Positions 39,101 to 47,711 are shown, numbered from the stretch's first letter. The stretch: DNA of 64,000 nt from Candidatus Krumholzibacteriota bacterium (GCA_030667985.1 DAOUUU010000002.1:9653-73652); one strand, 5' to 3'. Notes: generated by a model not told the origin, from the sequence alone. Program-made: numbers and translations.

Positions 39101-41916
39101 TCTTCTACGGTGTGCAGATCAAGGAGGGGAAGAACGATATCCTGGTCGTTTGCGACGAGCACGGCGGAAAGAGAAACACATGCGTCCGGCGGGTATATCT
39201 GGCAGGAAGGGTGGCTGGGATCGTGCCCGAGCACGAACTGGTGCAGGCGCCCGCCGACGGCAAGACGAATCCGGAACTCGTGTTCCTCGCGATGGACTCG
39301 AACGGGCTTCCCGTCCGGGACGGTATCTTCGCCACGGTGACAGGCCCAAAGGATCTCATCGATTCGCTCGATGTGAATCCGCACCAACCGGGCATCCAGG
39401 CGGTAACGCGGGAGGGCAGGATATCGCTCAGCCTGCCGCCATCGAGGAATTCGAGGAGGGACAAGATCCGCCTCTCCCTCGATGGATCATCGAGCTCCTG
39501 CATCATGCATTACACATCGCCGCTCAGGGACTGGTTCCTGTTCGGATACGGAGAAGGCACGATCGGTTACGGACAGCTCACCGGAACGGGCACAACTCAC
39601 AGATCCCAGGAGCGCTATCATGACGGCCTCTACGCCGAGGGCAAGATCGCGTTCTACGGCCAGGGGGAGATTGCGGACGGCAACCTGCTGACCGCGGCCG
39701 TGAACACGAGGCCGCTTTACAATGACATGCTATTCAAACGTATCGAGCCGGAGAAGTACTATCCGATATTCGGCGACGCGAGCGAGCTCGAATTCAACGC
39801 CGCGTCGAGGAGCGGGACTTACCTCAGACTGGACCACAGGAGCTACTCGGCTATGCTCGGTGATTTCCAGACCGATCTTGGAGACAAGGAATTCACTCGC
39901 TATCACCGTTCCTTCAACGGCCTGCAGGGGGAGTCGCGTTTCAGCAGGGGGAGCGTCAAGGCCTTCATAACAAATACGGATCAACTTACATATCAGGAAG
40001 AGATACCGGCCGAGGGTGTGAGCGGATTCTACTTTCTCTCCAACTATCCGCTCGTAGAGAACAGCGAGAAGATACGTGTAGAGGTCAGGGACCGTTATCT
40101 GCCCGAGAGGATCCTGCGCGTAGATCACAAACAGACGAACAGGGATTACGATATCAACTACATGGATGGAAGCATTCTTTTCAAGGAGCCGGTGCCGGCC
40201 ACGGACAAGAACCTCAATCCCGTCACTATCGTAGTCAGCTACGAATGCAAGAGCGCAGGAGAAGAGAATTTTATCTACGGGCTCAGATCCTCGGTCGACG
40301 TCACCGACAGCCTCTCGGTGGGAATCACTGCAGTGCTGGAGGAGGAGGGAGTCGAGAATTCCTCGCTCGTCGGTATCGATCTAGAGGGAGCGATCTACAG
40401 AGGGCTCGTCGTGGAGAGCGAATACGCTCACAGCGAGAAATTCCTGTTGGGCGGCGGGGACGCCTTCAGGATCAGGATGAAAAACAGAGGAACGGACGGT
40501 GCCAAGTGGCAGGCCTACTACCGTGAGATCGATAACAATTTTTTCAATCCGTCCTTCTCCGGGGGCAAGACCGAGCTCGGAAGCAAAAAGTACGGCGGGG
40601 AGCTCGATTATCGTATCAGCCAGGCCTTTACACTGAGAGCGGAAGGGTACCGCCACAACCTTCGCGAGAGGGACGAGCAAAGGAGTTTTGCCGGTGTCAT
40701 GGGCAAGTACTACACGAGTATGCTCGACGGCAAGCTCGGTCTGGCGTCCGCTTCTCACAGCGATACGAGGGAGGGGGATCACTCCTCCGTTCTGCTCATG
40801 ACCGGGCTTTCCTTCGACCGCGACCGGACCGCCGCCAGCGTCGAGTGGGATCAGAAGCTAGCCGGCGAGGAGGTCCAGGAGTATCCGAACCGCCTCCAGG
40901 CCAAGCTCTCGAGGCGGCTCTACAAGTACGTGAATGCGGTGCTGCGGCACGAGTACCGCACAGGCAGCAGGACAGGCACGAGGCACGCGACGCAGCTCGG
41001 GCTCGAGTCGAACGTAAGCGAGAACCTTCATCTCTTCTCGCGCTACAGGCTCGAGGGGGCCATGAGCGGCGAGCGCGGTCAGGCGACGATCGGTATGAAA
41101 AACAAGTTCAGGCTCTCTCCCGATCTGACCGCGACTTTCAGCGCCGAGAAGCTCGTGACGGTGAGCGGCTCTGCCATCGACGATTTCCTCGCCTTCAGGA
41201 GCGGGGCGCTCTACACGCCGGTGGGCAAGGATTACCGTCTCAAGGCGGATTACGAGCTGCGCCTAGAAAACGAGAGGCGCAAGCACCTTGCCGGCCTCGC
41301 CGGGATCAAGAGAATGAGCGATCACTGGTCCGCCCTGCTGAAGGGAGACCTCTGGTACAGTGACGAGAAGATAGAGGCGAATAGGATAAAGGGAAGCTCG
41401 ACTCTGGGCTTAAGCCTCCGCCCGCGCGGCCACGGCTCGGTGGCGTTCCTCTCGCTTCTCAGGGCCGATTACGAGAGGAACAGCCAGGCCCATCCGGACG
41501 GGATCGACCGTGAGATCCTGGCGTCGTTCGAGGCGAACTATCCGGTGAACCGGGATTGGGAGCTCGAGGGAAAGATCGCGGGCCGATGGATCGAGAACAC
41601 ATTCGAGTCCTATACGGCCTCTACTTCGACATATCTCTACCAGGGGCAGGTGATCCGGATCCTCGGGAACAGCTGGGATATCTGCCTAGTGGGGCGCATC
41701 GTGCATCAGCACGAGACAAACACGGTAAGGTACGGCGGAGGGGTCGAGCTCGGCAGGCTCATGGCCGAGAACCTCTGGCTCGGGATCGGTTACGATCTCG
41801 GCGGGCACGAGGACGGCGACTCGCCGATCAACGATTTCGCGAGCGAAGGGTTCCACGTTCGTCTGCGGCTCAAGTTCAGCGAACGGCTGCTGGGAGTTTT
41901 CAACGGGATGGAGTGA
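36109..41916 (+). CDS. giant (about 1936 aa) envelope protein: N-terminal DUF11 repeats, SdrD-B/CnaB-like domain, internal OmpA-like peptidoglycan-binding domain, about 1000-aa C-terminal putative beta-barrel
   Basis: Signal peptide (MLMRLSGRRGLVFCWIFLRILFFPSMAVAQ). DUF11 units (VELTKSSSSAAVMPGDVIAFTVSFSNTGERSATNVILSDPI). SdrD-B-like GIILGGVFLDADGDGLWGEEERGIRGASIFIEDGTYAVSDSSGLYSIPGVEEGTHVV. OmpA_C motifs NVSISGYTDSIPI...NFELSLARARSVYQLL...GYGS...NGRVEI. C-terminal third shows the alternating aromatic/hydrophobic strand pattern of OM barrels (...GFHVRLRLKF). The ORF track start at 36040 is also possible. Confidence 0.65.
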   Translation: MLMRLSGRRGLVFCWIFLRILFFPSMAVAQVPPAGQTIMSRSIATFEQGGSLLSVVSNEVSLDVLALFGPVLLPDGTTSAPANIAYAFSGERASFPYRLINTANTDDTFELAVSYESPSDFVPSLTEIFLDLDGDSLIDPGEPPVTSVGPLGSGEEVALVLAADLPAGLTGGETAHIDLAARSVADTSLVDGGNIVRIVARDEARVELTKSSSSAAVMPGDVIAFTVSFSNTGERSATNVILSDPIDSGGNTTGAVFVDGSAAATPPGIIEYFDEATGLWVDIAPPADRVKGVRLLLGSLTAGETGSLDFSLSIPNGMLAGTIFNTAAAGFTGGDGRPYSLPSNEVAVQVGRVSTLYLGPPGNPTAPEGGPTDRNVIALNAVDTVYTFWHELLNAGNFTDTLQIGVIDSTVIPGDWQMTFIDTTGSPLTPLTSNRANAGPIAVGGSRIVGLRIRSTREGFRAFPGRELAFLVEARSLVDPSAANTVQDIFAKTDLPLLSIVQTIREPVAQVGDVLSCVVTIENITDETLVDSVLVIENLSPGLGFAGGNDIPEISGNVLTWNAGRLEPGEKKYFVFRARVKVGQEWDRLVNNAWVHGVSEIGEVVSDGPAQASIKIVEGIFTRRGIILGGVFLDADGDGLWGEEERGIRGASIFIEDGTYAVSDSSGLYSIPGVEEGTHVVRIDPSTLPDSLIPGPGSYFDLGSSEGRLVVMPPSGNRTVYFPLVGRVGQVAAVDGSSAGVEGERDVSMSAISREAAGQSLNVLPFGTIAGSSAEDSGSGLSAGTDTTETFEAITIPSSHFREGSSYLEEIPISRIAALSLWIGEHAGWNVSISGYTDSIPISTSEFPSNFELSLARARSVYQLLRMNGIPEDRMDYMGYGSRMSLAPNDTEAGRKLNGRVEIKAVPPDDYEDGSQALAEFLSRPDTTTFMLTDDAGVCADIMSPEEGRVFHDRAEIDVEITSPLGSRIELYVNNVPVGTERIGQKQIDIRGGTLEYIFYGVQIKEGKNDILVVCDEHGGKRNTCVRRVYLAGRVAGIVPEHELVQAPADGKTNPELVFLAMDSNGLPVRDGIFATVTGPKDLIDSLDVNPHQPGIQAVTREGRISLSLPPSRNSRRDKIRLSLDGSSSSCIMHYTSPLRDWFLFGYGEGTIGYGQLTGTGTTHRSQERYHDGLYAEGKIAFYGQGEIADGNLLTAAVNTRPLYNDMLFKRIEPEKYYPIFGDASELEFNAASRSGTYLRLDHRSYSAMLGDFQTDLGDKEFTRYHRSFNGLQGESRFSRGSVKAFITNTDQLTYQEEIPAEGVSGFYFLSNYPLVENSEKIRVEVRDRYLPERILRVDHKQTNRDYDINYMDGSILFKEPVPATDKNLNPVTIVVSYECKSAGEENFIYGLRSSVDVTDSLSVGITAVLEEEGVENSSLVGIDLEGAIYRGLVVESEYAHSEKFLLGGGDAFRIRMKNRGTDGAKWQAYYREIDNNFFNPSFSGGKTELGSKKYGGELDYRISQAFTLRAEGYRHNLRERDEQRSFAGVMGKYYTSMLDGKLGLASASHSDTREGDHSSVLLMTGLSFDRDRTAASVEWDQKLAGEEVQEYPNRLQAKLSRRLYKYVNAVLRHEYRTGSRTGTRHATQLGLESNVSENLHLFSRYRLEGAMSGERGQATIGMKNKFRLSPDLTATFSAEKLVTVSGSAIDDFLAFRSGALYTPVGKDYRLKADYELRLENERRKHLAGLAGIKRMSDHWSALLKGDLWYSDEKIEANRIKGSSTLGLSLRPRGHGSVAFLSLLRADYERNSQAHPDGIDREILASFEANYPVNRDWELEGKIAGRWIENTFESYTASTSTYLYQGQVIRILGNSWDICLVGRIVHQHETNTVRYGGGVELGRLMAENLWLGIGYDLGGHEDGDSPINDFASEGFHVRLRLKFSERLLGVFNGME

Positions 41917-41941
41917 TCTGTACAGAAGCTCTTCCGGGGTA

Positions 41942-44900
41942 ATGGAGATAGATAGGAGAATGATGACGGTCAGAATCGAAGATAGAGCAATGAGAGTGAA
42001 CCGGTCCGGGCGGTTGGCAGCGCGCGCCGTTTGCCTGGCCCTGTTGTTGATCGTCACGATGTCCGTATCCGCCATCGCTGCAGAACTCGTTATAAATGGC
42101 GGTTTCGAGGCGGGCGATTTCTCGGGCGGTTGGGTCGACGGTGCGGGGAATATAATGAGCAGCCAATTGAATCCGAGCTGGGCCGACCACGCCGTGTTGC
42201 TCGAAATGCCCTGTACGGGCAACTACTCGGCGCTCCTAGGATTCAAGTACGAATTGCCCCAGCGCCACTTCTACGGTTTCATGTACTACGATGTCACGAT
42301 TCCCAATGATATCTCGGCAGCGACGCTCTCGTTCGTGTATCGCCACATGGGATACGATGGTGATGGGCGCGATCCATTCAGCGTCGAGATCAGGGACCTG
42401 GGCGGCGTTACGCTCGAGACGGTCCTTACACACACATTCCCCGAGCGGACAGGTGTCTTCAAGGAGACCGGTTGGCTCTTATTCAGCTATGATATGTCGG
42501 CCTATGTCGGCCAATCGGTCCGTATCTATTTCGAACAGTTGAACAACATCGATAACAACTACGAGACCTGGGTCTATGTCGACGATGTCTCGCTCGAAGT
42601 GGACGGGTGGGTCGATCTTGTAGTGGATGGTGACGGGGACGATATCTTCGGAACTCCGGGCAGTGGAGCTGGCGGTACTTCGGCGCAGAGCACCGAGGTC
42701 GACAGGTCTTTGAGCTATTATATCGATATCGAGAACGAAGGCCCCTCAGACGATTCTTACGATCTCAGCCTGGCGCTGCCTGCCGGTTGGACCGCAGTCG
42801 TAAGATACGGAGGGACCGATTACTCATTCCCTTGGACCACGCCGATAGTTACGGCTGGAAACACGATACAGGCGGAGATCGTCATTACTGTGCCGGCGGG
42901 GGAACCGCCCGGCATGTATACGAGCATACTCGATGCTGTCAGCATCGCCGCCGGGGACCGATACGACAGTGTTTCACTCTTGACCAACGTAGTGCCCGCT
43001 CCCTATCAGCCCGATCTCGCCGTCGACGGCGATGGTATCGGCGTGATAGATCAGGAGGGCGCCGAAGGCGGTTATTCGATCCAGACAGCACTGCCCTCCA
43101 CTACGGTCGACTTCGCGATCGAGCTGGTGAATTTCGGCACGGAGAATGACTCGTTTGTGATATCTTGGGCATCGGAACCGCCGCTCTCCGCCGTCGTTCT
43201 CGACGGGGCGATAGTGCATGCCGCTCCATTCACGAGCGCGGTTATACCTCCGGGTGTTTCCCTCTTCTATACGATACGTGTCACGGTGCCCGCTGGAGTG
43301 CTCGGTGGAGATTACTCGACCGAGCTCTTCGCCCGGTCTACAGGCGACATTCTCAAGTTCGACGGCATCACGGCCGTTACGCGTGTACTCGCCCCCGCCG
43401 TAGATATGCTGATCTGCGGCAGCGGCGACGACATAGTAGATCCGACCGGCTCGGGCCTCGGCGGAAGCTGCACATCGATCGGAGTTCCAGGCGAGATAGT
43501 ATACTTACCCATCGTGCTTCAGAATGAGGGAACCGTACCTGATTCGTTCAGGCTCGCCTGGACGAGGCCGTGGAGTGGATGGACGGCAGTCATCACCGAC
43601 GGCGTGAATACCTATCCGTTTCCCTGGACGACGCCTCTCTTTGCCCAGGGCGAGGAACGGACCTATTTCCTTGCGGTCACAATATCGGACAATGCCGATT
43701 ATACTACCTATCTTTTTCTTCTCGACGCCGTATCGATGACCGACGGCGCGGCGAGCGAGAGCGTTACCGCTTCGGTGACAGTCAGCTCGGTCAACGAGAT
43801 AGATCTATGGATCGACGGCAGCGGCGACGATATCTACGGCCTGCTGGGTTCGGGCCTCGGCGGTTTCTCGACGCTCGCGGGAAGCCCTGGAGAAACGCTC
43901 TTCTTTACGATCACACTCGAGAACGAGAGCGGCACAGATCTCTTCGATCTCTTCTGGACCGCTCCGGCCGGCTGGGAGGTGCTTATCGGCGACTCAACCT
44001 CCTCGATGCGAGGCGTCACATCGGGCACCTATACACTCGAGGTTCGTGTGCCGGCAACTGCCTCGGAGGGCACTTTTCAGGTCATCCTAGACGGACAGAA
44101 GGTGGACAAGCCATACCTAGTCGACAGCGTCAGCGGTAGTATCGTCGTAACGAGGAGCTATATCGTCGATGCGGTCATAGACGGAGACGGTGATGGTATC
44201 TACGGCACACCGGGGCTTGGTGACGGAGGTTTCTCGGCGGGGAGCGCCTTCCCGGGCACACGGATCACATTCTCCCTCGAGCTGCAGAACGATGGGAGCG
44301 AACCAGAGGGCTATACCGTCTCCTGGAACTCGATCGCGGGGTGGACCGCAGCGCTCGATGGGAATAGCTCGCCATACACCACGGTAGTGATACCGGCCGG
44401 AGGCCAGGCGGTTTATTCATTCGATGTAGATGTACCGGTCTCGGCATTGACGGGGGATTACGATTTTATCATCGATGCTGTCTCGACTGTCGATCCGAGC
44501 AATACGGAGAGCGTCACTGCCCGAGTCACGGTCGTGCCCGTTCCTCCAGCATTCATAGCGGTCACGGTCTTCGACGACATCGACCATGACGGTTCATACG
44601 ATCCGGGCGAGCCAGGCCTGGTTGGAGTGACAGTATTGGTGACCGATCCCGGCGGGGATATCACGGGGCTAACAGGAGCGGCAGGAACCTATATCTTCCA
44701 GGTGGACGCCGGCCTGCTGCGTGATGTGATTGAGGCCAATCCTGCCGGCATGTATTCCCTGAGCCCCGATACGGTCTCGGTGCCCGCTGGAGCAGCGGGG
44801 GATACAGCCTGGGTCTACTTCGCGGATGTAATGGGCCCGACGCTAGTTCCGAACAACTTAGCGAACGCGCCGGCCGGTGGATTCGCCGATTTTGCGCACT

Positions 44901-45577
44901 CGATCACGGCCGGCACTACGGGGCAGGCGGTCATCTCCGCCGTGGTTCCCGCCGGATGGGTGGAGAGCTTCTACCGCGACAACAACGGCGACGGACTCCT
45001 GGATCCGGGCGATACGCCTCTCACAGCTGCCGACCTCGATCTCGACCCCGCGGTGCCGGGTCTCGATGTCGTTCCGATCATACTCCATGTTTTCATTCCA
45101 CCCACCGTGCCGGCCGGGACGGTCGAGGCGATCATTGTCACGTTCGATCAGACTTTCCGCGGGACGGTCGTAACGGCGACGGTCTCGGTAATCGATCAGG
45201 TGACGGTGCTCGCATCGGCAAGCGGCCAGCTTCAGCTCGTAAAGGAGGTCGATCTCGCGGCGGCTCAGCCGGGCGGCGTGATTACCTACACTATTATTTT
45301 CTCCAATCCGGGAACGGAGAATGTCCAGGAGATCGAGATCATCGATCCGACCCCCGCCGAAGTCGATATCGTACTGGATGCGTTCGGCCCGGGACAGGAT
45401 ATCGCCTGGGTGAACGGAGCGGTCACGACCTACCTGACTGCCGAACCGGCCGACGCTGACGAGGCGATGTATATCGCTGCGACTAGAACGCTGCACGTTC
45501 TCCTCTCGCGGCAGGCTCCCTTCGCCCTTGCGCCGGGAGAAGAGGGTAGAATCATTTACATGGTGAGGATCCGGTAG
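41942..45577 (+). CDS. large secreted repeat protein: N-terminal CBM/galactose-binding-like domain, five tandem ~130-aa DGDGDD-motif modules, C-terminal DUF11 unit
   Basis: Signal peptide (RLAARAVCLALLLIVTMSVSAIAAE). N-terminal jelly-roll-like ELVINGGFEAGDFSGGWVDG...ETWVYVDDVSLE. Modules VVDGDGDDIFGTPGSGAGGTS / LAVDGDGIGVIDQEGAEGGYS / ICGSGDDIVDPTGSGLGGSC / IDGSGDDIYGLLGSGLGGFS / IDGDGDGIYGTPGLGDGGFS, each followed by (P)AGWTAV and VPAG. C-terminal DUF11 unit VITYTIIFSNPGTENVQEIEIIDPTP. Start could be 41942, 41960 or 41990. Confidence 0.6.
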   Translation: MEIDRRMMTVRIEDRAMRVNRSGRLAARAVCLALLLIVTMSVSAIAAELVINGGFEAGDFSGGWVDGAGNIMSSQLNPSWADHAVLLEMPCTGNYSALLGFKYELPQRHFYGFMYYDVTIPNDISAATLSFVYRHMGYDGDGRDPFSVEIRDLGGVTLETVLTHTFPERTGVFKETGWLLFSYDMSAYVGQSVRIYFEQLNNIDNNYETWVYVDDVSLEVDGWVDLVVDGDGDDIFGTPGSGAGGTSAQSTEVDRSLSYYIDIENEGPSDDSYDLSLALPAGWTAVVRYGGTDYSFPWTTPIVTAGNTIQAEIVITVPAGEPPGMYTSILDAVSIAAGDRYDSVSLLTNVVPAPYQPDLAVDGDGIGVIDQEGAEGGYSIQTALPSTTVDFAIELVNFGTENDSFVISWASEPPLSAVVLDGAIVHAAPFTSAVIPPGVSLFYTIRVTVPAGVLGGDYSTELFARSTGDILKFDGITAVTRVLAPAVDMLICGSGDDIVDPTGSGLGGSCTSIGVPGEIVYLPIVLQNEGTVPDSFRLAWTRPWSGWTAVITDGVNTYPFPWTTPLFAQGEERTYFLAVTISDNADYTTYLFLLDAVSMTDGAASESVTASVTVSSVNEIDLWIDGSGDDIYGLLGSGLGGFSTLAGSPGETLFFTITLENESGTDLFDLFWTAPAGWEVLIGDSTSSMRGVTSGTYTLEVRVPATASEGTFQVILDGQKVDKPYLVDSVSGSIVVTRSYIVDAVIDGDGDGIYGTPGLGDGGFSAGSAFPGTRITFSLELQNDGSEPEGYTVSWNSIAGWTAALDGNSSPYTTVVIPAGGQAVYSFDVDVPVSALTGDYDFIIDAVSTVDPSNTESVTARVTVVPVPPAFIAVTVFDDIDHDGSYDPGEPGLVGVTVLVTDPGGDITGLTGAAGTYIFQVDAGLLRDVIEANPAGMYSLSPDTVSVPAGAAGDTAWVYFADVMGPTLVPNNLANAPAGGFADFAHSITAGTTGQAVISAVVPAGWVESFYRDNNGDGLLDPGDTPLTAADLDLDPAVPGLDVVPIILHVFIPPTVPAGTVEAIIVTFDQTFRGTVVTATVSVIDQVTVLASASGQLQLVKEVDLAAAQPGGVITYTIIFSNPGTENVQEIEIIDPTPAEVDIVLDAFGPGQDIAWVNGAVTTYLTAEPADADEAMYIAATRTLHVLLSRQAPFALAPGEEGRIIYMVRIR
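42600..44560 (+). repeat. five tandem ~390-bp coding repeat modules (protein-level repeats of ~130 aa) within the 41942..45577 gene
   Basis: Module motif starts at about 42622, 43015, 43416, 43807 and 44177. The repeats are conserved at protein level (DGDGDD.fG..GSG.GG) and only loosely at DNA level. Confidence 0.5.
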
Positions 45578-45663
45578 AAATCGTTTAGGAGCTCGCGGAT
45601 ATTTTAAAAGGACCGTCTACACGAATTCAAACCGAGTACCGAGGCATGCACGTGCTGCGGATG

Positions 45664-46797
45664 CTACGTCTCCCGGAGGATATCGATGACGGCCTCTATC
45701 ACGAAGGAGACCTCTTCCTCGGTCAGCTTCGGATAGAGGGGAAGGCTTATTGTGCGCGAGCCGATCTCTTCGGCAACGGGGAACATACCGCGCTCGAATC
45801 CGAACCGCTTCCTGTAGTAGCTGAGCAGGTGTACGGGGTAGAAGTTGACCGAGACGCCGATGCCACGGTTCTGGAGCGCCTCGAGCATCCGGTCCCGCTT
45901 CCCCGGATCCACCAGTATCGTGAAGAGGTGGCAGGCATGCTTCGCCTCGGGCCGGGTAACGTGAAGTTCTATTCCCTCGATATCTTTGAAGGCTTCGACG
46001 TATCTGTTGCAGATCTCCCTCCTGCGCTTCAGAAATCCGTCCACCTTTTCGACCTGTTCGACCAATATCGCGGCATGGATGTTGTCCATGTTGTACTTCC
46101 AGCCGAATAGATCGACGTCGTACTGTTCGAAATGGCTCGTGTAGCGGTCGACGGCGCCCTTGTCGAGTCCGTGGAGCCGAAGCTTTTTGAGGAGCCCGAC
46201 CGAGGCGGGGTCCTTCGCCGAGATGGCACCGCCCTCTCCCGATGTGATGTTCTTGGTCGCGTAGAAGCTGAAGCAGGCGTAGTCGCCGTAGTGCCCCGAC
46301 CGCTTGCCGTTCCATTCCGATTCGAGAGAATGTGCGGCGTCCTCGACGATAACAAGATCGTGCCTGTCGGCGATTTCCTTGATCCGTTCCATGTCGCACA
46401 TCTGGCCGTAGAGGTGCACGGGGAGAATGCCCCTCGTTCTCTCGGTCACGGCCGCTTCTATCGCCTCGGGATCGATGTTCCCGGTCTCCCTGTCCACGTC
46501 GACAAGGACGGGTACGGCTCTCGCCATGAGGATACTGTTGGGCGATCCTATAAAGGTCAAAGGAGTCGTTATGACCTCGTCTCCTTCGCCGATGCCCGCC
46601 GCGAGAAGCGAGAGCTGCATGGCTGCCGTGCAGCTGGTCACGGCGACAGCGTGAGGGAGGCGGAGGTACTTGGCCAGCTTATCCTCGAATACCGAGACCT
46701 CTGCGCCGGTCGTTATAAAAAGCGATTTCAGGACGCGGGTGACCGACTCGATCTCCTCTTTCTCTATATTATGCTTGAAGAATTCTACCTTTTTCAC
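45664..46797 (-). CDS. DegT/DnrJ/EryC1/StrS family PLP-dependent sugar aminotransferase (ArnB-like)
   Basis: 377 aa. PLP-lysine region CFSFYATKNITSGEGGAI. N-terminal TTGAEVSVFEDKLAKYL is typical of the family. Confidence 0.85.
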   Translation of the reverse strand: MKKVEFFKHNIEKEEIESVTRVLKSLFITTGAEVSVFEDKLAKYLRLPHAVAVTSCTAAMQLSLLAAGIGEGDEVITTPLTFIGSPNSILMARAVPVLVDVDRETGNIDPEAIEAAVTERTRGILPVHLYGQMCDMERIKEIADRHDLVIVEDAAHSLESEWNGKRSGHYGDYACFSFYATKNITSGEGGAISAKDPASVGLLKKLRLHGLDKGAVDRYTSHFEQYDVDLFGWKYNMDNIHAAILVEQVEKVDGFLKRRREICNRYVEAFKDIEGIELHVTRPEAKHACHLFTILVDPGKRDRMLEALQNRGIGVSVNFYPVHLLSYYRKRFGFERGMFPVAEEIGSRTISLPLYPKLTEEEVSFVIEAVIDILRET

Positions 46798-47711
46798 GTT
46801 CGTTTCTCCTTCTCGGGTTCAAAGGGATCTATATGCACGAGGAGATTTGATACCTCTTCGAAGCGGGACCGGACCCTTTCGCGCGCCTCGTTGGCGATCG
46901 AATGGGATTCCAGCACGGTCAGATCCGGATCGACTTCGATGTGCACCTCCATGAAGATAATGCTTCCGTAATACCTGCCGGTCAGGTCGTGACAGTTCCT
47001 GACGCCCGGCACCGATTGTATCTCCTCCTTCGCTCCGTTCAAGAGCTCCTCGGAGAGGGAGGTGTCGATGATCTTCTTGATCGACTGAACAAGTATATCA
47101 ACGGCGACTTTCAAGATAAAGAAAGAAACGAGAAGAGCTGCGTAGGAGTCGAGCACCCTGAGTCTCGGAACGAAAGCCGCGAGGGTCACGCCTATCAGTG
47201 TCACGCCGGAGCTCCATGCGTCGGAGCGATGGTGCCAGGCGTTCGCTACCATCGCCTCGCTGCCGAGCTTTCTGCCGATCTTGACTGTTGCCTGGTAGAG
47301 CGCCTCCTTCGAGACCACAGATAGAGCGGCGATGATGATCGTGAACCGCGCGGGGGCCGCAAGCTCGCCGCCATATATAGCGAGGGCAGCATCAAGACCG
47401 ATCTTGACAGCGGCAAAGCATAGAAGGACTCCAACGCCGATCGTCGCGAGTGTCTCTATCTTACCGTGGCCGTAGGGGTGGTCGCTGTCCTTCTCCTTGA
47501 CGATGAAATGCAAGCCGATAAGGACGAGGAAATCAGATACAAAATCGGACGCGGAATGAACCGCGTCCGCAAGAAGTGCCTTGCTTCGGCCGTAAATGCC
47601 CCCGTAGATCTTCAGGACGATCAGGACGCCGTTTATCGCTATCCCGATCCAGGTGATCCTCCTGCCCGCATCGAGGTCGACTCTCTTGTGGTGATGGGTG
47701 TGTACTCCCAT
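46794..47711 (-). CDS. cation diffusion facilitator (CDF) family metal efflux transporter
   Basis: Six TM helices with LLADAVHSASD and HHRSDAWSSG motifs, His-rich N-terminus (MGVHTHHH), and a C-terminal cytoplasmic domain. Its stop overlaps the DegT start by 4 bp. Confidence 0.8.
   Translation of the reverse strand: MGVHTHHHKRVDLDAGRRITWIGIAINGVLIVLKIYGGIYGRSKALLADAVHSASDFVSDFLVLIGLHFIVKEKDSDHPYGHGKIETLATIGVGVLLCFAAVKIGLDAALAIYGGELAAPARFTIIIAALSVVSKEALYQATVKIGRKLGSEAMVANAWHHRSDAWSSGVTLIGVTLAAFVPRLRVLDSYAALLVSFFILKVAVDILVQSIKKIIDTSLSEELLNGAKEEIQSVPGVRNCHDLTGRYYGSIIFMEVHIEVDPDLTVLESHSIANEARERVRSRFEEVSNLLVHIDPFEPEKEKRT

Noticed and set aside
38425-39387. 320-aa minus-strand ORF (and several 100-250-aa ORFs on both strands) within the giant 36109..41916 gene
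   Set aside because: They overlap a continuous 5.8-kb plus-strand reading frame with recognisable domains. Their composition is Arg/His/Pro-rich, which is typical of out-of-frame GC-rich DNA.
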